A DNA stretch of 55,748 bases from Calditrichaceae bacterium (GTDB lineage: Bacteria > Calditrichota > Calditrichia > Calditrichales > JBFXGD01), in NCBI GenBank assembly GCA_050173015.1, contig JBFXLE010000021.1, positions 19,978 through 75,725 of the forward strand. Reading direction: 5' to 3'. Every line of letters begins with the position of its first letter. The first letter of the stretch is position 1. The notes under the pieces were generated by a model that did no database searches, had not been told where the DNA came from, and saw nothing but the letters and a program-made list of their open reading frames with translations. A program made the position numbers and the translations under genes. This document shows positions 39,726 through 49,313 of this stretch, piece after piece.

Positions 39726-40136
39726 ATGGACAGAAATTATATTCTTGTAGTAGATGATGAATTAAACACTCTTAATTCTCTGGAATTCATTTTGGAAGCA
39801 GCGGGTTATGAAGTCGCACTCGCGACAAATTGTCAGGAAGCACTATTGATATTGATAGCTGCGAGCGACACGAATCATCCGGTGGAACTGCTGATATTGG
39901 ACGTTGAAATGCCGGGATTAACAAGTATCGAATTTGTAAAAGAGCTGACGCGGCTCAATATTTCAATCCCGATATTTTTAATTTCGGGTTATGGACATAA
40001 TGAACAAATAAGCGAATTGCTAAAACTGGGATGTATCGCCTACTTCCAAAAGCCATTTGATGAAAAGGCCCTTTTATTACTAATAGACGATTTTTTTAGA
40101 AAACAAAGAAACGAAAAAATTCCAATACATAGATAA
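39726..40136 (+). CDS. Single-domain response regulator (CheY-like receiver)
   Basis: ILVVDDE; LILDVEMPG; ISG; QKPF; no output domain. Confidence 0.9.
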   Translation: MDRNYILVVDDELNTLNSLEFILEAAGYEVALATNCQEALLILIAASDTNHPVELLILDVEMPGLTSIEFVKELTRLNISIPIFLISGYGHNEQISELLKLGCIAYFQKPFDEKALLLLIDDFFRKQRNEKIPIHR

Positions 40137-40215
40137 GAAGAAACAGATCTAAATGAAGATTCAATTATTTCAAACTTTTAATTTTTCCTAGTTAAACCAC
40201 AAAACGGAGGTTCAA

Positions 40216-41454
40216 ATGATTCAAATTAGTCGATCCCGTTCATTTATGCTGATGCTTTTTCTGGCATCCTCGGTATTTTTTACGAGTTGTCAGTCGACAG
40301 CGCAGAATATTAAATTGAGCGGAAACTGGAATCCGGATGTTAAAGCGCGTCTGGAAGCAAAAATAGCAGCCAATGCTAATCAGGGAAAAATTTGTGTTTT
40401 TGATTTTGACAACACAACAGTCAGCAGAGACATAGGTGAATCCACAATGGCAGCGATGATCGAAGCCGGTGTCCTGACCAAGGAAAAGTATAATAAGGGA
40501 GTTACTCCGGAATACTTCGTTCTTGATGGAAAAAAGGTAACCATGGAAGGATCAGGAAGTCTCGCGGATTATTATGAAGATTTTCTTTCAGCGACCAAAC
40601 ATCACGAATTAGAATCAACTCCCTACGAGAATGGCTATGGATGGGTTGTCCAAATCATGGCGCCGATGTCACCAGCGGACTGGATTCCCTATACTGAAAA
40701 GGCGTACAGCAACGGTATTGGCGCGCAGGATATGAATGCCGTTGATCTTAAGGAAACAAAAATTAACGGATATCGTCAACCATTTTTCTATCCTGAAATG
40801 GTTGATCTTTATGGTGTGCTTCTGAAAAACGGATACAAAGTTTATGTTTCGTCAGCCAGCAATGTTCATACCGTAAGATGGATGGTCAAAAAATATCTCA
40901 ATCCCGCCATTCAGGAATTACACGGCAAAGATCTCAGCGTACCGCCGGAAAATGTCATCGGTGTCAGTTGTCTTATGGTTGACGACCGCACAGGTGAATT
41001 GTGCAAAGATCCTTATCTGGTCAGAGAAAACAAAAAATACGCTGATATGGATATGGAAGAACTTTCACACTATCATTTAACAACACAGATTTGCCATCCG
41101 ATGAACGGATATTTTGGAAAATATGCGAATATCATGAAATATATCTCTCTGGAAAGACCATTTCTTATCGGTGGTGACAGCTCCAATGACCTTCCAATGA
41201 TGAATATGGCTGAGAACAGAATTTGGGTTACACGTCTTGAAAAAATGGGATATCAGGAAACTCTGGTAAAACAAATTGAAAACGCGCTTCCTGGCGAATG
41301 GTTTATTCAGCCGGCTCTTTATAAGAAAAGCCCCGGATTTGTTTCTTCACAAGCGGATCTGGATAAGAAATTTGAAGCAAAACCTGAAGCAAAAGCGACA
41401 CCGGATGAAGTTATAAAATTTCTGCAGAGCAAAGGACAGCTGGTTAATTTCTAA
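40216..41454 (+). CDS. HAD-superfamily phosphatase lipoprotein, phosphorylcholine/phosphoethanolamine phosphatase (PchP)-like
   Basis: Lipobox FTSC; motif I VFDFDNT preceded by IAANANQG; motif II VSSAS; PENVIGV; motif IV GGDSSND. Pattern resembles Pseudomonas PchP as I recall it. Confidence 0.72.
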   Translation: MIQISRSRSFMLMLFLASSVFFTSCQSTAQNIKLSGNWNPDVKARLEAKIAANANQGKICVFDFDNTTVSRDIGESTMAAMIEAGVLTKEKYNKGVTPEYFVLDGKKVTMEGSGSLADYYEDFLSATKHHELESTPYENGYGWVVQIMAPMSPADWIPYTEKAYSNGIGAQDMNAVDLKETKINGYRQPFFYPEMVDLYGVLLKNGYKVYVSSASNVHTVRWMVKKYLNPAIQELHGKDLSVPPENVIGVSCLMVDDRTGELCKDPYLVRENKKYADMDMEELSHYHLTTQICHPMNGYFGKYANIMKYISLERPFLIGGDSSNDLPMMNMAENRIWVTRLEKMGYQETLVKQIENALPGEWFIQPALYKKSPGFVSSQADLDKKFEAKPEAKATPDEVIKFLQSKGQLVNF

Positions 41455-41522
41455 ACAAGAGAAATTAACAAAGTGTATTAATCACTGATGTATTTAATTA
41501 TATTTTAATCATGAGGAGTTAG

Positions 41523-42602
41523 ATGATGTTAAGAAGATTTTCAACCATGAGTATGGTGTTGTTGTTTGTTCTCATGAGTACGAACCTTTTTGCCGGTAAA
41601 ATTAATGATGATTTTAGCCTTTCCACAACAATGCGCTACCGCTATTGGGTTAATGACGGAATGATGAACGGAACGGGAAATGAATTCAAATTTGATCGTG
41701 CTTATATTACCATGAAATACAAATTGGCAGATGATATAAAAGCGCGTTTTACGGTAGATTTTACTCACAAAAACAGATATGATACCGGTTATTATCCGGA
41801 TGGAACATCTTACAAAAAATTGATCAACGAAGGAACCCGTTCGAGAATTAAGTATGCATATCTTGAATTCAAAAACTTTCTCGGAGTTGATAATGTCGAT
41901 ATGATCTTCGGTAACTATGAACAACCGGGACCACAGAGTTATCACGGCACGATTGAAAACAGCTGGCTTGACCGGTACACTTATGATAATGCCGTTGCTT
42001 TCCCGGAAGGTTTCAGTTCAGCGGTGACAGGTCTTATGGCCACCTATAACCTGCCGAACAAATTGGGCTACACACGTTTAGCTCTCTCAAACAAAAATAC
42101 CTATAACTATGCCGGCGACGACAACAAAGCCAAAAATATCGGTTTTGATCTCTGGCTGCACCCGGTCGAAGGCTTCACGGTATTTGGTTGGGGAATTATG
42201 GATTATATGTATTCAGGTAATAATGAAGAACATAACGATGCTTTTGGCGGCGGTATTGAATACGCTGTTGCCGATAAGTTTGACGCCGGTGTTGAAGTTG
42301 ATTTTGGACGTTCTACAATTAAGAACGCCGCGGGCGATACGCCATCCGGTATTTCATATATGGGCTATGTAAACTATGATTTAAACCCGAATTTAATGCT
42401 GCTTGCTCAGGCCGGTATTCATGATGCTGATTCAGATGTTGATGATGATGAAATCACAATGATTCTTGGTGGTGTCAATTACAAAATCGTCGGCAGTTGC
42501 ATGTTGATGTTCAACGCGAAAGCAGAAAATTACAAACCTGCACCAGGCGCGGATTCTGAAATGGATATGACTTATATTACACAGTTACTGATCGAATTCT
42601 AA
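41523..42602 (+). CDS. Outer-membrane porin (OprO/P-like beta-barrel)
   Basis: RBS GAGGAG; signal peptide ending LFA; FKFDRAYIT, RFTVD and IKYAYLEF motifs; alternating beta strands; C-terminal F. Confidence 0.75.
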   Translation: MMLRRFSTMSMVLLFVLMSTNLFAGKINDDFSLSTTMRYRYWVNDGMMNGTGNEFKFDRAYITMKYKLADDIKARFTVDFTHKNRYDTGYYPDGTSYKKLINEGTRSRIKYAYLEFKNFLGVDNVDMIFGNYEQPGPQSYHGTIENSWLDRYTYDNAVAFPEGFSSAVTGLMATYNLPNKLGYTRLALSNKNTYNYAGDDNKAKNIGFDLWLHPVEGFTVFGWGIMDYMYSGNNEEHNDAFGGGIEYAVADKFDAGVEVDFGRSTIKNAAGDTPSGISYMGYVNYDLNPNLMLLAQAGIHDADSDVDDDEITMILGGVNYKIVGSCMLMFNAKAENYKPAPGADSEMDMTYITQLLIEF

Positions 42603-42627
42603 CAACGGAACCGGGGGATTATAAAGG

Positions 42628-42669
42628 CTTTCCCCATGGTTTAACCGCTATGGGGAAAGTTTTTGTTTT
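42628..42669 (+). terminator. Intrinsic terminator between porin and eutA
   Basis: Stem CTTTCCCCAT/ATGGGGAAAG (10 bp perfect) followed by TTTTTGTTTT. Confidence 0.75.
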
Positions 42670-42741
42670 AATTTCAAAATAAGATGATTTAAAAAAATTA
42701 CGCAGGCGCCGGCCTGCTTTAGTTTAGAAATCAGGGAAAAA

Positions 42742-44181
42742 ATGACGGATAAGATTAAAACAATTACCAGCGTAGGAATCGATATAGGGACAACTACGAC
42801 ACAGGTCATTTTTTCATCGTTGCAATTAATGAATCGCGCGCCGGTGACGCAGGTTCCAAGGTATGAATTTATTGATCGGACTATTATTTTTGAGAGTCCT
42901 GTCTATTTCACGCCGCTTTCAGATGACGATACGATCGATGAGATCAATCTTCTGGAGATCATTAAAAAGGAATACGCCAGTGCCGGATTCTCTCTCTCTG
43001 AAATTGAAACCGGCGCGATAATAATAACGGGAGAAACGTCAAAAGCGGCCAATGCAAGAGCGGCTTTGATCAATCTTACTGAAAGTCTTGGTGATTTTGT
43101 TGTGGCGACAGCAGGACCTCATCTCGAATCTATTATCGCCGGAAGGGGCGCCGGGAGTGATGTGTTTTCGGAGAAAAATTTAACCAGGGTACTCAATATA
43201 GATATCGGTGGCGGAACTTCGAATTATGTGGTCTTTAATAATGGTCGTGTCGAAGATACCGCTTGTCTCAATGTGGGGGGAAGACTGATTGAACTTAACA
43301 ATGATGGCGGGATAAAAAAAATACATCAGCCGGCACTTACTCTTATCAGAGAACTCATTCCGCAATTTAAAGAAAATTACAGCGTTTTATCCCGGGCGGA
43401 TATTCAGCTTATTGTGGATAAAATGGCTGATTTGATCATGGAGTGCGCCCAGGGAAGCCCGTCTCCTTTGGGAAAAAAACTATTAATGACAGAACCTTTG
43501 AAAAATAATGATGAATTTAAATATATATCTTTTTCGGGTGGGGTGGGAGATTGTATGTATCACCCGGAAAACTGGGAGGATCATTCCGGAAAGTACGGAG
43601 ATATTGGTCCGATGCTGGCAAAATCGTTGCTTGCACATCCCTATTTGCAAAAGCTAAATATCCTACAGCCAAAACAGACAATAAGGGCGACAGTAATCGG
43701 AGCGGGCGCGCACACTCTTTCTTTAAGCGGGAGCACAATCTGGCTGCAGTCGGATCGACTGCCAATGCGCAATCTGCCCGTGGTTTTTCCGGTTATCAAT
43801 TGGAAAGAAGATGCTCCTGAACTGAGCGAGGCTATCCTTTCAGGGCTCAAACGCCAGGATTTGGATCCCGCGGTTGATGAGTATATCATTTATCTTTCTG
43901 ATGAAATGCCCGTTAAGTATAAATTTATCGCCCAGTCGGCAAAAGAGCTGGGAGTATTCTTTAAAACGCATACTAATGCGGAGATTCCTGCCTTGATTAT
44001 GTGTAATAGTGATATTGGAAAAGTAATGGGCATGGAACTGGCTCCATTGATTTTACCCAAAAAACTGGCTGTAATCGATGAAGTGAATCTGAAAGAGGGA
44101 GATTATGTAGATATCGGAAAAAGTTATTTCGGCGGGGAAATCGTTCCATTAACGATAAAATCGCTGGCTTTTCCGGCTTAA
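42742..44181 (+). CDS. eutA: Ethanolamine ammonia-lyase reactivating factor
   Basis: SVGIDIGTTTTQVIFS; GAIIITGE; GDFVVATAGPHLES; NIDIGGGTSN; TIRATVIGAG; VPLTIKSLAF. Confidence 0.96.
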   Translation: MTDKIKTITSVGIDIGTTTTQVIFSSLQLMNRAPVTQVPRYEFIDRTIIFESPVYFTPLSDDDTIDEINLLEIIKKEYASAGFSLSEIETGAIIITGETSKAANARAALINLTESLGDFVVATAGPHLESIIAGRGAGSDVFSEKNLTRVLNIDIGGGTSNYVVFNNGRVEDTACLNVGGRLIELNNDGGIKKIHQPALTLIRELIPQFKENYSVLSRADIQLIVDKMADLIMECAQGSPSPLGKKLLMTEPLKNNDEFKYISFSGGVGDCMYHPENWEDHSGKYGDIGPMLAKSLLAHPYLQKLNILQPKQTIRATVIGAGAHTLSLSGSTIWLQSDRLPMRNLPVVFPVINWKEDAPELSEAILSGLKRQDLDPAVDEYIIYLSDEMPVKYKFIAQSAKELGVFFKTHTNAEIPALIMCNSDIGKVMGMELAPLILPKKLAVIDEVNLKEGDYVDIGKSYFGGEIVPLTIKSLAFPA

Positions 44182-44199
44182 ATTTCACAGGAGAAATAA

Positions 44200-45561
44200 A
44201 TGAAATTATCAGCACAAGTCTTCGGCACTACTTACCAATTCAGAGACGTGAAGGACGTTCTCGCTAAGGCGAATGAACATCGTTCCGGAGATGTGTTGGC
44301 TGGAGTTGCTGCAGCCAGCTCTCAGGAAAGGGTGGCTGCGAAATATGTTCTAAGCAATTTGACCCTGGCTGACCTGAGAAACAATCCGGTTGTGTCTTAT
44401 GAGAAAGACGCGGTGACAAGAATTATTCAGGATGCCGTAAATGAACGTATTTATGAGTCAATCAAAAACTGGTCGGTTTCAGAGCTTCGTGAATATATAT
44501 TGAGCAATGAAACGACACTCGAAGATATTCAGCGTTTGCGAAAAGGGCTGACTTCGGAAATCGTCGCGGCGGTCGCTAAAATAATGACGAATCTCGATTT
44601 GATGATCGGAGCCAAAAAAATGCCGGTCATCGCGAAAGCCAACTCTACGATCGGGCTGCCGGGTACATTCGGATGCCGGCTTCAGCCAAACGACACCCGG
44701 GATGATGTAAAAAGTATTGCCGCGCAAATCTATGAAGGTCTTTCTTACGGCGCGGGCGATATTTTAATCGGAATTAATCCGGTGATCGATACACCTGAAA
44801 ATATTCATAAGTTATTGGATCTCACTAATGATATCATGGAAAAATGGTCCATTCCCACTCAGAATTGTATTCTGGGTCACGTGAGTAACCAGGTCGAAGC
44901 GATCAAAAAAGGCGCGCCCGCCGGGTGTATATTCCAAAGTCTGGCCGGTTCTGAAAAAGGTTTGAAGGAATTTGGTGTTACTGTCCAGATGCTGGAAGAA
45001 GCCTATGCGGTGGGAAAAGAATATTGCCGTATCGCCGGATCGAATATGATGTATTTTGAAACAGGTCAGGGATCAGAACTTTCAGCGAATGCGCATTATA
45101 ATTCAGATCAGGTAACAATGGAAGCCCGCTGTTACGGACTGGCTAAACATTTTGACCCGTTTCTGGTAAATACCGTAGTAGGATTTATCGGGCCGGAGTA
45201 TTTGTACGACAGTCGTCAGATTACAAGAGCCGGTTTGGAAGATCATTTTATGGGAAAACTAACCGGAGTATCAATGGGCGCGGACGCCTGCTACACCAAT
45301 CATGCCAATGCCGATCAAAACAGCATGGATAATCTGATGGTGGTTCTGGCGAGCGCGGGTATCAATTATGTAATGGGTGTTGCCGCGGCAGATGACATCA
45401 TGCTGAATTATCAGTCTACGAGTTTTCATGATACTGCCTCGGTGAGACAGCTTATGGGTTACAAACCGAGTCCGGAATTTGAAAAATGGTTAGAGAAAAT
45501 GGGCATTTGGGAGAATGGAAATCTGACTCCTAAGGCCGGTGATCCCTCAATTTTCTTTTAA
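44200..45561 (+). CDS. eutB: Ethanolamine ammonia-lyase large subunit
   Basis: VLAKANE.RSGD.LAG; RLQPNDTRDD; MYFETGQGS; NTVVGFIGPEYLY; CYTNHA; DIMLNYQ. Confidence 0.98.
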   Translation: MKLSAQVFGTTYQFRDVKDVLAKANEHRSGDVLAGVAAASSQERVAAKYVLSNLTLADLRNNPVVSYEKDAVTRIIQDAVNERIYESIKNWSVSELREYILSNETTLEDIQRLRKGLTSEIVAAVAKIMTNLDLMIGAKKMPVIAKANSTIGLPGTFGCRLQPNDTRDDVKSIAAQIYEGLSYGAGDILIGINPVIDTPENIHKLLDLTNDIMEKWSIPTQNCILGHVSNQVEAIKKGAPAGCIFQSLAGSEKGLKEFGVTVQMLEEAYAVGKEYCRIAGSNMMYFETGQGSELSANAHYNSDQVTMEARCYGLAKHFDPFLVNTVVGFIGPEYLYDSRQITRAGLEDHFMGKLTGVSMGADACYTNHANADQNSMDNLMVVLASAGINYVMGVAAADDIMLNYQSTSFHDTASVRQLMGYKPSPEFEKWLEKMGIWENGNLTPKAGDPSIFF

Positions 45562-45576
45562 AATATAGGTGGAGCA

Positions 45577-46473
45577 ATGGATAATAAAAAAATTCAGGAT
45601 ATTGTAGATGTTGTTCTTGCAGAGTTGAAGGTTCAGGAGAATAAACCGGCAACAAAGGAATCAACATCACCAGAAAAAACAGTGGTAGATCCGGTTGGTT
45701 CCGTTTCCGATGGAGTCCTTCCTGAGCTTGGCAGCGATGAATTCAAAAATTGGATCGGTGTGCAAAATCCGCATAATGAAAAAGCGCTAAAAGATTTACG
45801 CGCATCGTCTGTCGCCAGAGTATGTGTCGGTCGCGCCGGGGCGAGATTAAGAACAAATACGCTGCTCCGTTTCCTGGCGGATCATTCGCGGTCGAGAGAT
45901 ACGGTATTTAAAGAAGTCCCGCAGGAATGGATTGAAAAAAGCGGGATGTTTATGGTTCAAACTCAGGTGAAAGATAAAGATGAATATCTTACCAGACCGG
46001 ATAAAGGGCGTCGTCTTCAGGAAGAGGCAACAAAAACCATTCTTGAAAAATGCCAGAAAAATGTCCAGGTGCAGGTTGTTCTTTCGGACGGATTGAGCAC
46101 GGACGCCTTAACAGCCAATTTTGATGAAATTCTGCCGCCGTTACTGAATGGATTGAAAACAGCCGGATTAAACGCCGGGATACCTTTCTTTGTAAAGTAT
46201 GGCAGAGTTAAGATGGAAGACGAAGTTGGCGAATTACTCGGCGCCGATGTGGTTGTCCTCCTCGTTGGTGAAAGACCCGGACTTGGACAGTCAGAGAGTT
46301 TGAGTGCTTACATTGTTTATAAGCCGACTGTAGAAGGTACAGTGGAATCTGATCGTACCTGTATTTCAAATATTCACAACGGGGGTACACCGCCGGTCGA
46401 AGCGAGCGCCGTGATTGTAGATACAGTCAAACGCATGATAGAACAAAAAACCAGCGGTATCAATTTACGATAA
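45577..46473 (+). CDS. eutC: Ethanolamine ammonia-lyase small subunit
   Basis: N-terminal encapsulation peptide [59 protein letters not shown]. Confidence 0.97.
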   Translation: MDNKKIQDIVDVVLAELKVQENKPATKESTSPEKTVVDPVGSVSDGVLPELGSDEFKNWIGVQNPHNEKALKDLRASSVARVCVGRAGARLRTNTLLRFLADHSRSRDTVFKEVPQEWIEKSGMFMVQTQVKDKDEYLTRPDKGRRLQEEATKTILEKCQKNVQVQVVLSDGLSTDALTANFDEILPPLLNGLKTAGLNAGIPFFVKYGRVKMEDEVGELLGADVVVLLVGERPGLGQSESLSAYIVYKPTVEGTVESDRTCISNIHNGGTPPVEASAVIVDTVKRMIEQKTSGINLR

Positions 46474-46498
46474 AATCTATTAATCGGGAAAGAATATT

Positions 46499-47158
46499 AT
46501 GGCTATTTTAGATGAAATCAGAGCAAATGTGCTCGCAGTTCGTTTAATCGCGTCTGTTGATAGAGGATTTGCGGAAAAATTATCATTAAAACCGGATCAA
46601 AGATCTCTGGGGCTGCTGACCTGTGATATAGATGACGCCTGTTATGTCGCGATTGATGAGGCGACCAAAAAAGCGGAAGTGGAGGTCGTTTATGCCAAAT
46701 CTTTTTATGCCGGCGCGGCTCACGCGAGCGGACCGCTTTCCGGTGAAATTATCGCTATGCTGGCGGGACCGACGCCCGGAGAAGTTAGGGCCGGACTGGA
46801 TGCCGCGATCGATTACATCAAAACGGATGCCATCTGGTATTCGGCAAACGAAGCGAATTCGCTGGCTTTTTTCCCGCATCTGATTGCGCGCACGGGAACT
46901 TATCTGTCCAAGGTGGCCGGAATAGATGAAGGTTCCCCTTTGGCATATTTAATCGCGCCGCCCCTTGAAGGCACATACGCGATAGATGCGGCTTTAAAGG
47001 CAGCGAACGTGGAAGTGAAAGAATGGTTCGCCCCGCCGTCAGAGACAAATTTTACCGGTGCGCTGATGACGGGTACCCAGGCGGCATGCCAGGCGGCATG
47101 TGACGCTTTTCGTGATGCAGTGTTGTCAGTAGTGCGGAATCCTATACAGATTGGATAA
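46499..47158 (+). CDS. eutL: BMC-T shell protein
   Basis: DEATKKA.VEVVYAKSFYAGA; TGTYLS; LAYLIAPPLE; PPSETNF. Confidence 0.96.
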   Translation: MAILDEIRANVLAVRLIASVDRGFAEKLSLKPDQRSLGLLTCDIDDACYVAIDEATKKAEVEVVYAKSFYAGAAHASGPLSGEIIAMLAGPTPGEVRAGLDAAIDYIKTDAIWYSANEANSLAFFPHLIARTGTYLSKVAGIDEGSPLAYLIAPPLEGTYAIDAALKAANVEVKEWFAPPSETNFTGALMTGTQAACQAACDAFRDAVLSVVRNPIQIG

Positions 47159-47160
47159 GA

Positions 47161-47721
47161 ATGCTTAGCTCATATGGATTTATCGAGACAAGGGGATTGA
47201 CAGCAGCGATTGAAGCCGCTGACGCCATGGTTAAGGCCGCAAAAGTACATATAATCAAGGTTAAAAAAAGCGGTGGCGCATTGGTCACAATCATTGTCGA
47301 GGGAGATTTGGCCGCATGTCAGGCGGCGGTAGATGCCGGTAAAAGCGCCGCTCTGTGTATCGGCAAAGTTGTTTCGCATCATGTGATTGCGCGTCCCTTA
47401 GATGACACCGAATATTTGGTTAGGCAACTGTTAACAGGGAACTTGATGGGACGGGGACAACAGGGAATTACCAGTAGGAACAAGACCCGGAATCCAAAAA
47501 AAGTGAAGCGAGCCAATAAGATACCGGCAGCAGGAATGAAGCCCGACGATTCTCAAAAAATATTGGCTTTACTTAAGTCGGATCAAACAGGTCTGACTCT
47601 GCAGGAGATATCAGACAAGCTTGGAGTAACTTTAACGGAAGTCCGTAAGGTCATCAAAAAATTAGTTGATACAAAAATGATTGAGAAAGTTCATCAGAAA
47701 TACTACCTGATGGAAAACTAA
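47161..47721 (+). CDS. eutK: BMC-H shell protein with basic linker and C-terminal winged-HTH (EutK-like)
   Basis: GFIETRGL.AAIEAADAMVKAA...HVIARP BMC domain; K/R-rich linker; ILALLK...GLTLQEISDKLGV...VRKVIKKL HTH; positioned after eutL. Confidence 0.78.
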   Translation: MLSSYGFIETRGLTAAIEAADAMVKAAKVHIIKVKKSGGALVTIIVEGDLAACQAAVDAGKSAALCIGKVVSHHVIARPLDDTEYLVRQLLTGNLMGRGQQGITSRNKTRNPKKVKRANKIPAAGMKPDDSQKILALLKSDQTGLTLQEISDKLGVTLTEVRKVIKKLVDTKMIEKVHQKYYLMEN

Positions 47722-47722
47722 T

Positions 47723-48499
47723 ATGAAGCTGATCATCATTATCAATAATAAAGGCGGGGTGGGTAAAACCACCAGCGCGGTGAATATCGCCTCCCGGTTT
47801 GGTCAAATGGGTAAAAAAACCCTGCTGGCTGATATTGATCCTTCTTCGAGCGCGTCAAGTCACCTTGGTCTTATTAAACAAGACTCAGAATTTAATACGA
47901 TCTGTGATTATCTGATAAACAAGGAAGATAACATAAAAGATTATATTCAAAAAACGGAATTTAAAAATTTATGGTGTCTACCTTCAGAACCGGCTTTAAG
48001 TGATTTTTATGATGAATTACAGCAGGATGAAAAAATATCGTTCTTCATAAAAAAAGAAGATATCCCTGCTGAATTTGAATATGTAATTTTTGATTGTCCG
48101 CCCAATATGGGTTCTTTGTCACTCAACGCGCTTGCGGTTTCAGACTATGCTCTTATCCCGGTGCAAGCTCAATATATAGCGCTTTCGGGGTTGGAACTCA
48201 CATTGAGTTTGCTTGAAAAAGTTAGACGGAGAGTTAATCCTGAAATTAAGATTCTTGGTCTGTTTGGAACACATTTTGACAAGAGAACAAAAGTTTCGGT
48301 CCAGGTGATGGAACAACTCAGGAGCCGATTCGGTGAGCAGGTTTTTAATTCGGTCATCGGGATCAACAGTAAACTGAGTGAGGCATACAATCAAAAAATG
48401 CCTGTTTCCTATCTTGACAAACGCGCGAGCGGAAGCAGGGACTATGAATTACTGTCGAAAGAAATCATTAAACGCGTGAGGGAAGATGAAAGACATTAA
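47723..48499 (+). CDS. ParA/Soj-family ATPase
   Basis: Deviant Walker [18 protein letters not shown]; Walker [34 protein letters not shown]. Confidence 0.93.
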   Translation: MKLIIIINNKGGVGKTTSAVNIASRFGQMGKKTLLADIDPSSSASSHLGLIKQDSEFNTICDYLINKEDNIKDYIQKTEFKNLWCLPSEPALSDFYDELQQDEKISFFIKKEDIPAEFEYVIFDCPPNMGSLSLNALAVSDYALIPVQAQYIALSGLELTLSLLEKVRRRVNPEIKILGLFGTHFDKRTKVSVQVMEQLRSRFGEQVFNSVIGINSKLSEAYNQKMPVSYLDKRASGSRDYELLSKEIIKRVREDERH

Positions 48500-48842
48500 C
48501 GATTTATCCGGGAAAGAACGTATCATTCAGGAATACGTCCCGGGAAAGCAGGTCACTCTTGCTCACATGATTGCTCATCCGGGTGAAGATCTCTGCAAAA
48601 AAATTGGAGTACCTTATGTAAACGCGATCGGAATAATGACGCTCACACCGGGTGAGACAGCGATTATCGCCGGAGATATAGCTCTTAAAGCGGCCAGCGT
48701 GGACATTGGTTTTCTGGACCGGTTTACCGGCGCCCTGGTCTTCTACGGAGAAGTGGGAGCGGTTGAAGAAGCTCTGATCTCTGTAAATCAAGTACTGAAC
48801 AACATTTTGGGATATACCCCATGCGAGGTTACAAAAACCTGA
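48486..48842 (+). CDS. eutS: Circularly permuted BMC-H shell protein
   Basis: [46 protein letters not shown]. Confidence 0.96.
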   Translation: MKDINDLSGKERIIQEYVPGKQVTLAHMIAHPGEDLCKKIGVPYVNAIGIMTLTPGETAIIAGDIALKAASVDIGFLDRFTGALVFYGEVGAVEEALISVNQVLNNILGYTPCEVTKT

Positions 48843-49300
48843 TGAAGAAGAAACCGGATAATTTTATACTGATAGGAACAACCGGCGTTGGCAAATCAAC
48901 TCTGTTTAATGCTTTGCTAAACCGGGATGAAGAAGTGATCAAAACACAGGCCATGGTCTATCATGATGAACAGACCATCGATACTCCGGGAGAATATCTT
49001 GATAATCCCAGATTATACACAGCTTTGATCTCAACGATGACCACGATCGATACCATTTTATATGTGCATCAAAGTAATGTGGTCGAGCATAAAATGCCTC
49101 CGGGCCTGTTTACAATTTATAATAACCGGGTCATTGGTGTCATTTCAAAAATTGATCTGCCTGACGCCCGGGTGGAAGAAGTCCGGGAATTGCTGAAGGA
49201 GTATGGTATCATAGAAAATATATTTGAAGTTTCAGTTCTGGATGGCAGAACGATAGCTAAACTTAGAAAATACCTCATAGAGAGAAATCATATAAACTAG
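48842..49300 (+). CDS. eutP: EutP/PduV-family P-loop NTPase
   Basis: G.TGVGKSTL; KTQA; IDTPGEY; SKID. ATG at 48842 overlaps the eutS stop. Confidence 0.92.
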   Translation: MKKKPDNFILIGTTGVGKSTLFNALLNRDEEVIKTQAMVYHDEQTIDTPGEYLDNPRLYTALISTMTTIDTILYVHQSNVVEHKMPPGLFTIYNNRVIGVISKIDLPDARVEEVRELLKEYGIIENIFEVSVLDGRTIAKLRKYLIERNHIN

Positions 49301-49313
49301 AGTGGGTTTAGAG

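Noticed and set aside
42702-42718. Sigma54 promoter for eutA (GG...TGC)
   Set aside because: GG-to-GC spacing is 9 nt rather than the required 10; better explained as a hairpin.
47723-48499. Chromosome or plasmid partition locus (parABS)
   Set aside because: No parB, replication gene or recognisable parS nearby; the gene is tightly embedded among shell genes.
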